Of a stretch of 64,000 bases of DNA, positions 1 through 9,025 are shown in pieces. Origin of the DNA: a virus. Made by a program: the position numbers and the translations under genes. The notes beneath the pieces were generated by a model that was given only the letters and a program-made list of their open reading frames with translations, ran no database searches and had not been told where the DNA came from. Every line of letters begins with the position of its first letter. The first letter of the stretch is position 1. The stretch is taken from positions 6,607 to 70,606 of IMG/VR virus record IMGVR_UViG_3300037189_004270. One strand, written 5' to 3'.

Positions 1-384
1 ATAGGTAGAAAGAACGACACCATTGATGGTCCATGGGCTAGTTACCCTGGAAATTCAAATCCAGAGCCTTATAATGCTCCATGGTGGAGAGAAAAGATTA
101 AGTCTCAGATGAAACCAGTTTTATGGGATGGAACTATTCCTTCAAGGACCGCCTCCTTGAAAGCCGCACAGGAAGGTATTGCTAACAAAGCATCCTGGAG
201 AGTTTCTTGTAGATTGTATGATGTTGGGGTACTAAAGATTAAACCCCTGGACATGGGAACTCAAAAGTACCCAATTAAAGCAGTACAAAGATTCCAGGAA
301 CAAATAGGAATCAGAGTTGAAAAACAAGACGGCCTTCCAAATAAAACTACATGGGTAAAATTATTCGGTGCAGATAAGCCATAA
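1..384 (+). CDS. Endolysin C-terminal part (amidase end plus peptidoglycan-binding-like domain), 5'-truncated
   Basis: Frame is open from base 1 (IGRKNDTIDGPW...). C-terminus AVQRFQEQIG...DGLPNKTTWVKL resembles PG_binding_1. Confidence 0.65.
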   Translation: MGRKNDTIDGPWASYPGNSNPEPYNAPWWREKIKSQMKPVLWDGTIPSRTASLKAAQEGIANKASWRVSCRLYDVGVLKIKPLDMGTQKYPIKAVQRFQEQIGIRVEKQDGLPNKTTWVKLFGADKP

Positions 385-401
385 ATTTAATATATACAGT
401 T

Positions 402-432
402 AGCCCGTCAGACATGACGGGCTTTCTGTTTT
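402..432 (+). terminator. Intrinsic terminator
   Basis: AGCCCGTCA-GACA-TGACGGGCT hairpin followed by TTCTGTTTT. Confidence 0.85.
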
Positions 433-444
433 AGTCTTGATAGA

Positions 445-453
445 TGTTATAAT
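445..453 (+). promoter_or_regulatory. Extended -10 promoter (TGTTATAAT)
   Basis: TGn-TATAAT just after the terminator and before a GAGGAG SD. Confidence 0.65.
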
Positions 454-465
454 TTTATTGAGGAG

Positions 466-819
466 TTGTCTATATTCATGGAAGAAGTTAACTTTAAAGT
501 TGTTCAGGGAGATACGTTTTCAATAAAAGTAACGTATCAAAATCCTAACGGAACAGATATAAACTTAACTAATTATACAGCCAGAATGGACGTTAGAAAC
601 GAGCCAGGTGGCAAAATTTTATGTGCATCAATAACTACTTCTAATGGAATATCAATATCAGGAGTAGATGGAGAAATTAATATAACATTTTCTCCCGCAC
701 AAACTAGAAAATTTACAACCCCAAGTGCTGCATATCAATTACAAATAACAAGCCCTAGTGGTCAGCAAACTACTGTCCTAAAGGGATATCTTTCAGTATC
801 TCCAGCGGTGGTACGATGA
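466..819 (+). CDS. Virion structural protein, BppU-N/LtfC-like Ig-fold (start may be ATG 478)
   Basis: QGDTF...DINLTNYTARMDVR...YQLQIT...VLKG pattern common in phage fibre adaptors. Confidence 0.6.
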   Translation: MSIFMEEVNFKVVQGDTFSIKVTYQNPNGTDINLTNYTARMDVRNEPGGKILCASITTSNGISISGVDGEINITFSPAQTRKFTTPSAAYQLQITSPSGQQTTVLKGYLSVSPAVVR

Positions 820-1136
820 CAGAGCAAAGAGTTATTGTAGAAAGAGTTGAAAACAATGTAATTGTTGCTTCTTCTGGAGTTCAAGGTCCACAGGGACAAC
901 AAGGAGTACAAGGAGTCCAAGGTCCACAAGGAGATCCAGGAATTGGTGCATATGTGCATGTTCAAGGATCTGCTTCAAGCACCTGGACAATAAACCATAA
1001 TTTAGGATTCTTCCCTAACGTTGAGATAGTTGATTCGGCGGGAAGTTCAGTAATAGGTAATTATCAATATATTAATGGAAACACTCTAATCGCTACGTTT
1101 AGAGATCCTTTCGCTGGAAAGGCATATTTATCATGA
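816..1136 (+). CDS. Short collagen-like fibre protein
   Basis: About 7 Gly-X-Y triplets (GVQGPQGQQGVQGVQGPQGDPG), then a WTINHNLG...P.V beta domain. Confidence 0.75.
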   Translation: MTEQRVIVERVENNVIVASSGVQGPQGQQGVQGVQGPQGDPGIGAYVHVQGSASSTWTINHNLGFFPNVEIVDSAGSSVIGNYQYINGNTLIATFRDPFAGKAYLS

Positions 1137-1151
1137 GAGGTGGAATAGAAA

Positions 1152-2204
1152 ATGGCTAAGAGATTCTTAGTTAGTTTAGACCTCGGCACCAATGAATTGC
1201 AGAATGCTGTAATTCAAAATTTGCCTGCGGCTTCAGAGCCATCTGGCGTAAAGGGTCGGGTCTATTTTGATTCAACTAATAACAAGTTGAAGGTTTATGA
1301 CGGTACCACATGGCAGCCACTAGCATTTGGCGCAGCCGCAGCATCTACAGTTACGTTGGAAGGAGATGTAACTGGTACTGCTAACGTTTCTAATGGAACA
1401 ATTACAATCAGCACCACTATTGCTTCTAACTCAGTAGCATTAGGAACAGACACAACAGGAAATTATGTCAGCGACATTACTGCTGGTACTGGTGTTACTG
1501 TAACTCATACACCAGCAGAAGGCTCATCCCCAACTGTTGCTATTGGACAGAGTGTTGCAACATCTGCATCACCTTCCTTCGTTGCCCTTACGTTGTCAGG
1601 AGATGCTGCAGTAAACGGTGGGGATGTTACAACTACATCTACCACAGCATCATTGTTTAATACAAATGCAACAACATTAAACATTGGTGGCGCTGCAACT
1701 GCCCTATCAATAGGTGCTGTAACAGGAACAACAACTGTTAATAACAGTCTTACAGTTTCTGGAGATTTAACGGTACAAGGCAATACAACTACATTAAATA
1801 CCGCTACTCTTGAAGTAGAAGACAACACAATACTTCTTAATCGCGGAGTTACAGCATCCCCCACACTTGACGCTGGTATTGAAATAGAAAGAGGAACGTC
1901 TACAAACGTTTCAATCCTATGGAATGAAACAACAGATTCATGGACATTCACAAATAATGGTTCTACTTTCTATGAAATGGTTAGAAAGGTTTCTAGTGAT
2001 ATTACTGGAAACTCTTCAACATCATCATTTACAATTACCCATAATTTAGGAACTAGAGATATCCAAGTTCAAGTTTATGATGCTGCATCGCCACACGATA
2101 CAGTAGAAGTTGATATTGAAAGATCAACTACTAATGCAGTAATTGTCAGATTTGCATCGGCTCCTGCAACTGGAGTAAATTACAGGGCTGTTATAGTAGG
2201 ATAA
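1152..2204 (+). CDS. Fibre/decoration protein
   Basis: GRVYFDSTNNKLKVYDG motif, Thr/Gly-rich shaft, C-terminal ITHNLGTRD domain. Confidence 0.7.
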   Translation: MAKRFLVSLDLGTNELQNAVIQNLPAASEPSGVKGRVYFDSTNNKLKVYDGTTWQPLAFGAAAASTVTLEGDVTGTANVSNGTITISTTIASNSVALGTDTTGNYVSDITAGTGVTVTHTPAEGSSPTVAIGQSVATSASPSFVALTLSGDAAVNGGDVTTTSTTASLFNTNATTLNIGGAATALSIGAVTGTTTVNNSLTVSGDLTVQGNTTTLNTATLEVEDNTILLNRGVTASPTLDAGIEIERGTSTNVSILWNETTDSWTFTNNGSTFYEMVRKVSSDITGNSSTSSFTITHNLGTRDIQVQVYDAASPHDTVEVDIERSTTNAVIVRFASAPATGVNYRAVIVG

Positions 2205-2211
2205 TTTGTGT

Positions 2212-2241
2212 TGGTGGGGGAGGTGTTTATCTCCCCCACCA
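2212..2241 (+). terminator. Strong hairpin, probable terminator
   Basis: TGGTGGGGGAG / CTCCCCCACCA inverted repeat between genes; no clear U-tract. Confidence 0.6.
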
Positions 2242-2250
2242 GTATAAAGG

Positions 2251-2265
2251 TATAATATAACTATG
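2251..2265 (+). promoter_or_regulatory. Leaderless promoter (TATAAT-N6-ATG)
   Basis: TATAAT 2251-2256, ATG 2263. Confidence 0.65.
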
Positions 2266-4029
2266 GCTAAAAGACTATTATCTACTCAAAGAATTGTAAA
2301 TTTAGCAGCAGACCCTGCAACTGGTACTGCTGGTGAAATTTATTACAATACTGTAAGTAATAGTTTTAAGTATTATGATGGATCTGCATGGTCTGTTCTT
2401 TCAACGGGCGTTCCAGTAGGCGGAACAGGTGGTCAGATATTAGCAAAAATCGATGCAACAAATTATAATACGCATTGGATTGATAATATTGCTAATTACA
2501 CATCTCAAGTTAAGCATAATGTAAAAGCGGCAGAGGCAATAAATAAAGGACAAGCCGTTTATGTATCATCTGCAGATGGTGCAAATATGGTTGTTTCTAA
2601 AGCATCAAATTCTTCAGAAGTAACATCATCAAAAACAATGGGTCTTCTGGAACAAAACCTATCTACTAATGCTACAGGGTTTGTTGTTACAGAAGGATTG
2701 ATTTCTGGATTAAATACTTCTGGAGCCAACGCAGGAGATCCAGTTTGGCTGGGTACGAATGGAAATCTCCTTTACGGGACTGCCAACAAACCATCCGCCC
2801 CGATACACACGGTTTTTATAGGTATAGTTACTAGAGTTCAACAAAATAATGGTCAAATTTTTGTCAAGGTACAAAATGGATTTGAACTAGATGAAATTCA
2901 TAATGTATCTATATCAAATCCAACTACAGGACAAATACTAAAATATAATTCATCAACTGGATTATGGGAAAATGGATCAATTGATGGCGCGGTATTTGAA
3001 GTATTCTACCAAGCAGACTCCCCTTCCTCCCCACAACTTGGAGATATTTGGGTAGAGTCTGATGTTGATGTTCCAGAATATTCTGCCCTAAATATAGATA
3101 CACTTGTTCCAAATCAGAGTGGGAACTCAGGTAAGTATTTAACAACAAATGGAACAGCAGTATCCTGGGGCACTTTAAACCTTTCTATTTATGCACCATT
3201 ATCATCACCAGCATTAACTGGTGTTCCCACCGCCCCTACTGCGAATGCTGCAACAAATACAACTCAAATTGCAACCACAGCATTTGTGAGAACAGAAATT
3301 TCTAACCTAGTTGATTCAGCACCAGGCGCACTTGATACCTTAAACGAACTAGCAGCAGCCATAAACGATGATGCCAATTTTGCAACAACGGTTACAACGG
3401 CCTTAAGTAGCAAAGAGCCAACTATTACTTCTGGGACTACCTCCCAATATTGGAGGGGGGACAAGTCATGGCAGACACTTAATAAGTCTGCTGTTGGACT
3501 ATCTAATGTAGAAAATACCGCTCTTTCAACATGGGCTGGAAGTTCAAGTATAACTACTCTAGGTACAATTTCTTCTGGCACATGGCAAGGATCTTCTATT
3601 TCATCAACATATATTGACTCAGCAATAGCAAGATTATCAAGTCCTACGTTTACTGGAACAGCAAACGCGGAAAGACTTTCTGTTGATTCAACAGTATTTA
3701 TTGATACTATAACAACAACCGTATCATCTACAAACGCTACAGAGATAGACTCATTTGCTCAATCATCATTCTCTTCCTGTGAATATTTAATTCAAATTAA
3801 ACAAGGCTCTAAGGTTACAATACTCAAAGCGTTGATGACTTCAGCGAACCTTGATATAGTTCAGTATGGAATAGTAGAATCTGGAGGAACTATCCCTTAT
3901 ACAATAACCACAGATAGTTTTATCCCAGGCGGCGGTGGCGGGGCACTTACCAACAAATTATTAATTACAATAACTGATGCCAATTCTACCTCTGCAACAG
4001 TTAAGGTTGTAAGAACATCCGTGGTATAA
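2263..4029 (+). CDS. Tail/collar fibre protein
   Basis: PTAPTA..TTQIATTAFV and APGALDTLNELAAA..DDANFA fibre repeats. Confidence 0.75.
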   Translation: MAKRLLSTQRIVNLAADPATGTAGEIYYNTVSNSFKYYDGSAWSVLSTGVPVGGTGGQILAKIDATNYNTHWIDNIANYTSQVKHNVKAAEAINKGQAVYVSSADGANMVVSKASNSSEVTSSKTMGLLEQNLSTNATGFVVTEGLISGLNTSGANAGDPVWLGTNGNLLYGTANKPSAPIHTVFIGIVTRVQQNNGQIFVKVQNGFELDEIHNVSISNPTTGQILKYNSSTGLWENGSIDGAVFEVFYQADSPSSPQLGDIWVESDVDVPEYSALNIDTLVPNQSGNSGKYLTTNGTAVSWGTLNLSIYAPLSSPALTGVPTAPTANAATNTTQIATTAFVRTEISNLVDSAPGALDTLNELAAAINDDANFATTVTTALSSKEPTITSGTTSQYWRGDKSWQTLNKSAVGLSNVENTALSTWAGSSSITTLGTISSGTWQGSSISSTYIDSAIARLSSPTFTGTANAERLSVDSTVFIDTITTTVSSTNATEIDSFAQSSFSSCEYLIQIKQGSKVTILKALMTSANLDIVQYGIVESGGTIPYTITTDSFIPGGGGGALTNKLLITITDANSTSATVKVVRTSVV

Positions 4030-4030
4030 T
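4022..4030 (+). promoter_or_regulatory. Extended -10 promoter (TGGTATAAT) overlapping the upstream stop codon
   Basis: Exact TGnTATAAT at the gene boundary. Confidence 0.6.
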
Positions 4031-4053
4031 AAAACTATCAAATCCTGGGGAGA

Positions 4054-4599
4054 GTGAACTGGGTGCCTGACAAGAATTTTAAAGTCAAGAATGCCCTTGA
4101 ATTAGGAACCGCATCAATAGTAACACCTGGCGGTACACTATCTTTACCAAGCGCAACCGATACGGTAATTGGTAGAGCAACGACTGACACATTAACAAAT
4201 AAGACTTTACTTAGTGCAGAGGAAATTACTACAATTTCCTCAACAGCCGCAACAGGAACAATTAACTTCGATGCAGTTACGCAGTCTATACTTTATTACA
4301 CCACAAATGCAAGTGGCAACTGGACCCTAAATATAAGGGGAAACTCTTCTACAACTCTTAGTTCAATTCTTCCAGTTGGAAGTTCTATAACTGTAGTATT
4401 TATGGTTAGTCAAGGAACTACGACTTTCTACCAGACCGGATTCCAGATAGACGGTACTTCTCATACCCCAAGGTGGCAGGGAGGATCTGCTCCAACTGAA
4501 GGTAATGCTTCAGGTATTGATATTTATTCCTTCTCAATTACTAAGACCGCTGGAACGCCCACATACCTGACTATAGGAACGATGGCAGGCTTTGCGTAA
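4054..4599 (+). CDS. Fibre protein, paralog of the 14707..15405 C-terminal domain (start may be GTG 4063)
   Basis: Shares YYTTNAS.NWT.N.RG.SSTTL, GFQ.DG...TPRW and GNA..IDIY.F with 14707..15405. Confidence 0.7.
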   Translation: MNWVPDKNFKVKNALELGTASIVTPGGTLSLPSATDTVIGRATTDTLTNKTLLSAEEITTISSTAATGTINFDAVTQSILYYTTNASGNWTLNIRGNSSTTLSSILPVGSSITVVFMVSQGTTTFYQTGFQIDGTSHTPRWQGGSAPTEGNASGIDIYSFSITKTAGTPTYLTIGTMAGFA

Positions 4600-5741
4600 T
4601 GCCACTTTTATCATCTCGCGCCTCTGGATCTGTAAGAGCCTTTGGGCTGACAATTTTATCCGCATTGACTTCGGCAATTGATTTATTTACCAGACCCGAT
4701 CAATCTGGATTAGGAACGGTAAAGGGGCAAAGATGGAGGGTTTGGCGAGGAGTTTGGGGAATTGCAAGCAACAGGGCTTCTTCCTCTACCGCTTCCTCAT
4801 CTTATCCATTAGCCACTCTTACATTTACAAAACAAGATGCTACTGTAAGTATAGGTGGGCCAAATCCAGGAACTGGGGCGGCATTCTGGGTAACTGATGC
4901 AAATAATTGGTATTCAACTGTATATGTCCAGCAAGAGGTATGTCAAACTTGCACAAATTGTAATGCTTGGAATGCTAATAATTGTGCGGAAGCGTCAGGA
5001 GGATTCTGTGCTACATGGAATAACGTAAATCCCTGCTCCTACTGGCAATGTAGTGATGGTGGTACTAATTGTGGCAACTGTGCGCCAGGGGCGTTTAATC
5101 CCACAACTGGAGGAACTTGTCAAACTAGAAACCCCGACATCTGTGCCAACGTTAATGGCTCATTCTGCAAAGGCTTTAGCCAAGGTCCCTGCGTTAATTG
5201 GAATAATTTCGCTCCAAAAGGCTTTTGCTCTGGAAGGAGTCCGGACGTCTGTAGTGGTGGATGGAATACCTCTAACTGTGCAGCATGGAATACAGGTAAC
5301 TGTACATCCTGGAATCCATTAGTATTTGGAAACTGTAATTCCTGGAATAATCCTGTATGTCAAGGAAATACACCAGGAAATTGCTCAAGCGCCAACCCAG
5401 TTATCTGCAATGCTTTCAACCCTTCCAACTGTAATGCATTCTTTAGTTTTTCATGTAACTGTGTAACAGAAAATAGAATTAATATTATTTCATCTATAAC
5501 TTCAACCGTCACCACTCTGGTTTCGACTCTTTGGTCAGGAACAATTGGATCTTTTAAAACAATTGTATCTGGAAATAGTGCAACTATCCAAGTATACACT
5601 TCTACAAATTACACATCGCAAATAGGTTCAAATAGCGTACAAAACATATCTTCTCCGCAAAAATCAAAATTATTTGGTATAATTAAGGCTCCAAGTCCTA
5701 TCGGGTCTGGCAATTCTATTGATGAATTTAGGGTTGAGTAA
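4599..5741 (+). CDS. Virion-associated protein with a 24-Cys/Asn-rich insert
   Basis: Beta-rich N- and C-terminal parts flank CxxWNxxxC-type repeats. Confidence 0.65.
   Translation: MPLLSSRASGSVRAFGLTILSALTSAIDLFTRPDQSGLGTVKGQRWRVWRGVWGIASNRASSSTASSSYPLATLTFTKQDATVSIGGPNPGTGAAFWVTDANNWYSTVYVQQEVCQTCTNCNAWNANNCAEASGGFCATWNNVNPCSYWQCSDGGTNCGNCAPGAFNPTTGGTCQTRNPDICANVNGSFCKGFSQGPCVNWNNFAPKGFCSGRSPDVCSGGWNTSNCAAWNTGNCTSWNPLVFGNCNSWNNPVCQGNTPGNCSSANPVICNAFNPSNCNAFFSFSCNCVTENRINIISSITSTVTTLVSTLWSGTIGSFKTIVSGNSATIQVYTSTNYTSQIGSNSVQNISSPQKSKLFGIIKAPSPIGSGNSIDEFRVE
4941..5462 (+). repeat. Cys-periodic peptide repeat (about 8-residue period)
   Basis: 24 Cys, mostly spaced C-x7-C. Confidence 0.8.
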
Positions 5742-6076
5742 TGAAAAATAATAAAACTAAAAAAAGAGATACTTATAGATCTTATATTTTTAAAAAAACA
5801 CTTAATAGGTTTAAGTTGTTTAAAAAAAATACTAAGGTTAAGGATGATACAAACAATCTTCCCAGGTCTCCATATGGGTCGGCACAGGACGCCCCCATGC
5901 ACATAGCATTTATAGTAGATGGTATTGTAGAAGACATAATTCATTGCGACGAGAGGTTTGGATACTTATTGATAAGTGATCCTTTAATTATTAAATTAGA
6001 AAATTATGGTTCAGTAAAAATTAATGATATTTATGATGAAGAAGCAGGATCATTTAAATCTGACGATGAGATATAG
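5741..6076 (+). CDS. Hypothetical protein, paralog of 6322..6528
   Basis: Shared AFI.DG.V..I...DER....L.S.P.II. Confidence 0.6.
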   Translation: MKNNKTKKRDTYRSYIFKKTLNRFKLFKKNTKVKDDTNNLPRSPYGSAQDAPMHIAFIVDGIVEDIIHCDERFGYLLISDPLIIKLENYGSVKINDIYDEEAGSFKSDDEI

Positions 6077-6078
6077 TT

Positions 6079-6318
6079 ATGGATAAAGAAAAAAATGTTC
6101 GGCCATGGGATTTATTTAATAAAAAATCGGGAAGAGTTACTATAGAGGATTCAAAAAACAGATTGGGCATTTGTAAAGAGTGTCCGTTTTTTATTAAATT
6201 GACTAAGCAATGTACTAAGTGTGGATGCATAATGACACAAAAAACAAAACTTTCGGAAGCATTCTGCCCTATAGGAAAATGGGATAAAATAGATTATTCA
6301 AAAAAGGGAGGTGAATGA
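6079..6318 (+). CDS. Small Cys-rich putative metal-binding protein
   Basis: CKEC...CTKCGC...CPIGKW. Confidence 0.7.
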   Translation: MDKEKNVRPWDLFNKKSGRVTIEDSKNRLGICKECPFFIKLTKQCTKCGCIMTQKTKLSEAFCPIGKWDKIDYSKKGGE

Positions 6319-6321
6319 ATA

Positions 6322-6528
6322 ATGGAAACCAGAACACTAGCGTTCATCCTTGATGGAGAAGTAGTGTCAGTCGTCAACTTTGATGAAAGAACAGCAAGTA
6401 TTTTTTTAAGCAATCCAACGATTATAGATATTACTTCAAATAATGTTTCTCAAGGATGGAATTATGATCCAGAAAAAGGATTATATGCAGAAATTGATGG
6501 CGAAGAAGTTGTAGTAGATCCACGATAA
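6322..6528 (+). CDS. Hypothetical protein (fibre-chaperone-like), paralog of 5741..6076
   Basis: Strong GGGAGGTGA SD; motif shared with 5741..6076. Confidence 0.6.
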   Translation: METRTLAFILDGEVVSVVNFDERTASIFLSNPTIIDITSNNVSQGWNYDPEKGLYAEIDGEEVVVDPR

Positions 6529-6544
6529 ACAGAAGAGAGAAAAA

Positions 6545-7303
6545 GTGATAAAAAGGATAAGATTTATTCCATCCAGCATATCTGCGATGGAAAATGTTCC
6601 TATGCCGTCGCCAGTTAAAAAACATATTCCCGAATGGTATAAAAAGGCAGAATATGCCATAGACAACAAGACTAATAAAAAAACTAGTAATTTGAGTGGA
6701 GATATTTCTGGTGGTTTAAAGTCATGCATACCCTTTCTAGACGTAATGTTGTCTGGATATGTGATGGAGACATGGGAGTCTATAGAAGTATATGAAAACT
6801 CAGAGAATAGTTTCAAGTGGAGATATGTAGAAAATAATCCATATACAGATGACATACAAGAAAAAATAAATATTACTGTATCTATGATAGGAGAAAGAGA
6901 AGGCGACTCAGGTCATACCATCCCCCGCCCAGCAGGGCATAGGAATAATCATATGATATGGAAAGGCCAATGGGGGGTTAGGCTTCCAAGAGGGTGGAGC
7001 CTATTGATTACTCATCCATTTAATAGATGGGATCTGCCATTTACAACTACTTCAGGGATTATAGATTCAGATGAATGGTGGACTAGTGGTAATATGCCAT
7101 TCTTTTTTAAAAATGGGTGGGTAGGTGTAATACCAAAAGGAACTCCGTTCTGCCAATTAATACCAATTAAAAGAAGTTCCTGGTCAGCATATAAAAGTGT
7201 TTTAAGTACTTCAAGATATAAAGATTTAAGCAATAAAGTTTCTGATAGAAATAATATAGGATGGTACAAAAAAAATATTTGGGTTAGAAAAGAATATGAC
7301 TAG
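6545..7303 (+). CDS. Uncharacterised enzyme-like protein (DUF6065-related, possible dUTPase-like fold)
   Basis: IPEWYK...KSCIPFLD...GY...HPFNRWDLPF...GIID.D...IPKGTP..Q.IP.KR. Confidence 0.6.
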   Translation: MIKRIRFIPSSISAMENVPMPSPVKKHIPEWYKKAEYAIDNKTNKKTSNLSGDISGGLKSCIPFLDVMLSGYVMETWESIEVYENSENSFKWRYVENNPYTDDIQEKINITVSMIGEREGDSGHTIPRPAGHRNNHMIWKGQWGVRLPRGWSLLITHPFNRWDLPFTTTSGIIDSDEWWTSGNMPFFFKNGWVGVIPKGTPFCQLIPIKRSSWSAYKSVLSTSRYKDLSNKVSDRNNIGWYKKNIWVRKEYD

Positions 7304-8309
7304 TATTTATGTTTCTATTCCTAATTGCCTAGATTCAGAATACTATAAGACACTAAATGATATATTTGCTAATTCAGATAATCCAAATAATATTTATGTT
7401 GGAACAGCACACTCAATACCATTTAAAAATAAAAAAAATATTTCTGAAATAAAAAATAAAGTTTCCGGCTATTCAAATGTTCGATCTAAGTTTTTAAATC
7501 ATTACAGGAATCTAGGAGTGGGGTATGGAAGAACTGAATCTATGTCCATGTATGATGGAGAAGACTATGTTCTGCAAATAGATTCACACACAATGCTAAA
7601 GCCATCCTGGGACTCCCTTCTTATCGGATATTATGAAGAGGCAAAGGACTATTCTAAAAATAGCAAAACAATACTTTCTGCCTACCTAACTAAATATAAA
7701 TACTTTGATAAAGATGTTAGAGGCTTTTATGATGATACTTTGCCGTCGTACCCGTGTTTTATAAATGAAGAAGAAATGTCCCAATTTGATCCGCACTTTG
7801 ACTCTTCTAAAAATTGGAAAGAAATATATTCTCCAATAACAAGGTGGATAACGGTATTTGAAGACAGTTTTTATGATTTTATAAAAACTAAGTTTTGTCC
7901 ATTAAGAAAAATAAATGCAAATTTTATTTTTTCTGACGGGCAGTTTGCCGAAGACTATTCAAAAATAGTTCCGTTCCCCTTCTACTTTTTTGAAGAAGAG
8001 TTTATAATGTCAATAGAAGCCCACAACTTAGATTATTCATTTGTTTATCCAAAATTTAAACTACCCCTGGCACATTTATATAATGATTCCAGCAATGAAT
8101 TTTATTCAAGAGAACAGTCAATAAAACATACAAATAATCAAATATTATTTTTAACACAACAAAATATAATAAATTATTTTAATAAAAATAGTAGTAAAAT
8201 AGAGTCTTACGCAAAATATGCTGGATTAACCTATCCAGAATTAAAATCTGAAAGTATTTTCTATATACCAGAAAGGCAGTCATGCAAGAAATTGAATTTA
8301 TACCAGTAG
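7296..8309 (+). CDS. Glycosyltransferase, Gnt1/GT60 (Skp1-hydroxyproline GlcNAc-transferase)-like
   Basis: IYVSI...D.E...TL.DIF....P..IYVG; YDGEDYVLQIDSH...WD..LI; F.EEE; HLY. Confidence 0.75.
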   Translation: MTSIYVSIPNCLDSEYYKTLNDIFANSDNPNNIYVGTAHSIPFKNKKNISEIKNKVSGYSNVRSKFLNHYRNLGVGYGRTESMSMYDGEDYVLQIDSHTMLKPSWDSLLIGYYEEAKDYSKNSKTILSAYLTKYKYFDKDVRGFYDDTLPSYPCFINEEEMSQFDPHFDSSKNWKEIYSPITRWITVFEDSFYDFIKTKFCPLRKINANFIFSDGQFAEDYSKIVPFPFYFFEEEFIMSIEAHNLDYSFVYPKFKLPLAHLYNDSSNEFYSREQSIKHTNNQILFLTQQNIINYFNKNSSKIESYAKYAGLTYPELKSESIFYIPERQSCKKLNLYQ

Positions 8310-9016
8310 AAAATTATGGTAGATCCAGCATAGAGCCTATCCCAGCAGTAAAAAAGGTTCCAGGTTGGTTTAAAAGCATTCCTCCAATTAGAAAATTTTC
8401 TGGCAATGATAAGGGGGACTTTACTATAAAAAAATGCATCCCCGTATTAGATGCTTTAACTATGGGATACTATTTAATTACCAAGTATGATCTAAACTGG
8501 AAAATTAATGAAAATGGAGAACATGTTTGTGAGTTCGATCAAAAATTAGTAGAGGGCGGGGATAAGCCCATAAGTATGCATCCATTCGATCAAATTAAAA
8601 ATATAGAGTTGAATGAAATATATAATGAATATGCTTATAAATTTGCCAGTCCATATTTAATCAAAACACCACCAGGATATAGTTGTATCTTTACACATCC
8701 ATTTAATCAAATATCCCCATTTTATACACTTACGGGAGTTGTTGATACTGACATGCATCCATTAGCAGTACAATTTCCATTCCTCATGCTTAAAGGATTT
8801 GAAGGTAAAATTTCTGCTGGGACACCAATTGTTCAAATAATTCCTTTTAAAAGAGAAGACTGGAAAATGTATAATGTTTCTCCAGATAGAAGAGATAAAA
8901 GAGATAGTGACATATCAATGGATGAATTCATGTCAAATAGATACGACATGGAAAGTGGACTCCCCGCCATCGGTCCATATAAAAAGAAATACAGAGTAAA
9001 GAAAAAATATCTTTAA
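8282..9016 (+). CDS. Paralog of 6545..7303
   Basis: VPGWFK...KKCIPVLD...GY...HPFN...GVVDTD...AGTPIVQIIPFKR. Confidence 0.6.
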   Translation: MQEIEFIPVENYGRSSIEPIPAVKKVPGWFKSIPPIRKFSGNDKGDFTIKKCIPVLDALTMGYYLITKYDLNWKINENGEHVCEFDQKLVEGGDKPISMHPFDQIKNIELNEIYNEYAYKFASPYLIKTPPGYSCIFTHPFNQISPFYTLTGVVDTDMHPLAVQFPFLMLKGFEGKISAGTPIVQIIPFKREDWKMYNVSPDRRDKRDSDISMDEFMSNRYDMESGLPAIGPYKKKYRVKKKYL

Positions 9017-9025
9017 GGAATTATT

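Noticed and set aside
5400-5462. CNAFFSFSCNC as an EGF Asp/Asn beta-hydroxylation site
   Set aside because: Does not fit C-x-[DN]-x4-[FY]-x-C-x-C: one residue short, and Asn is misplaced.
4599-5741. Cys-rich protein as a radical-SAM RiPP precursor
   Set aside because: No radical SAM (CxxxCxxC) enzyme, peptidase or exporter nearby; the insert sits inside a larger protein.
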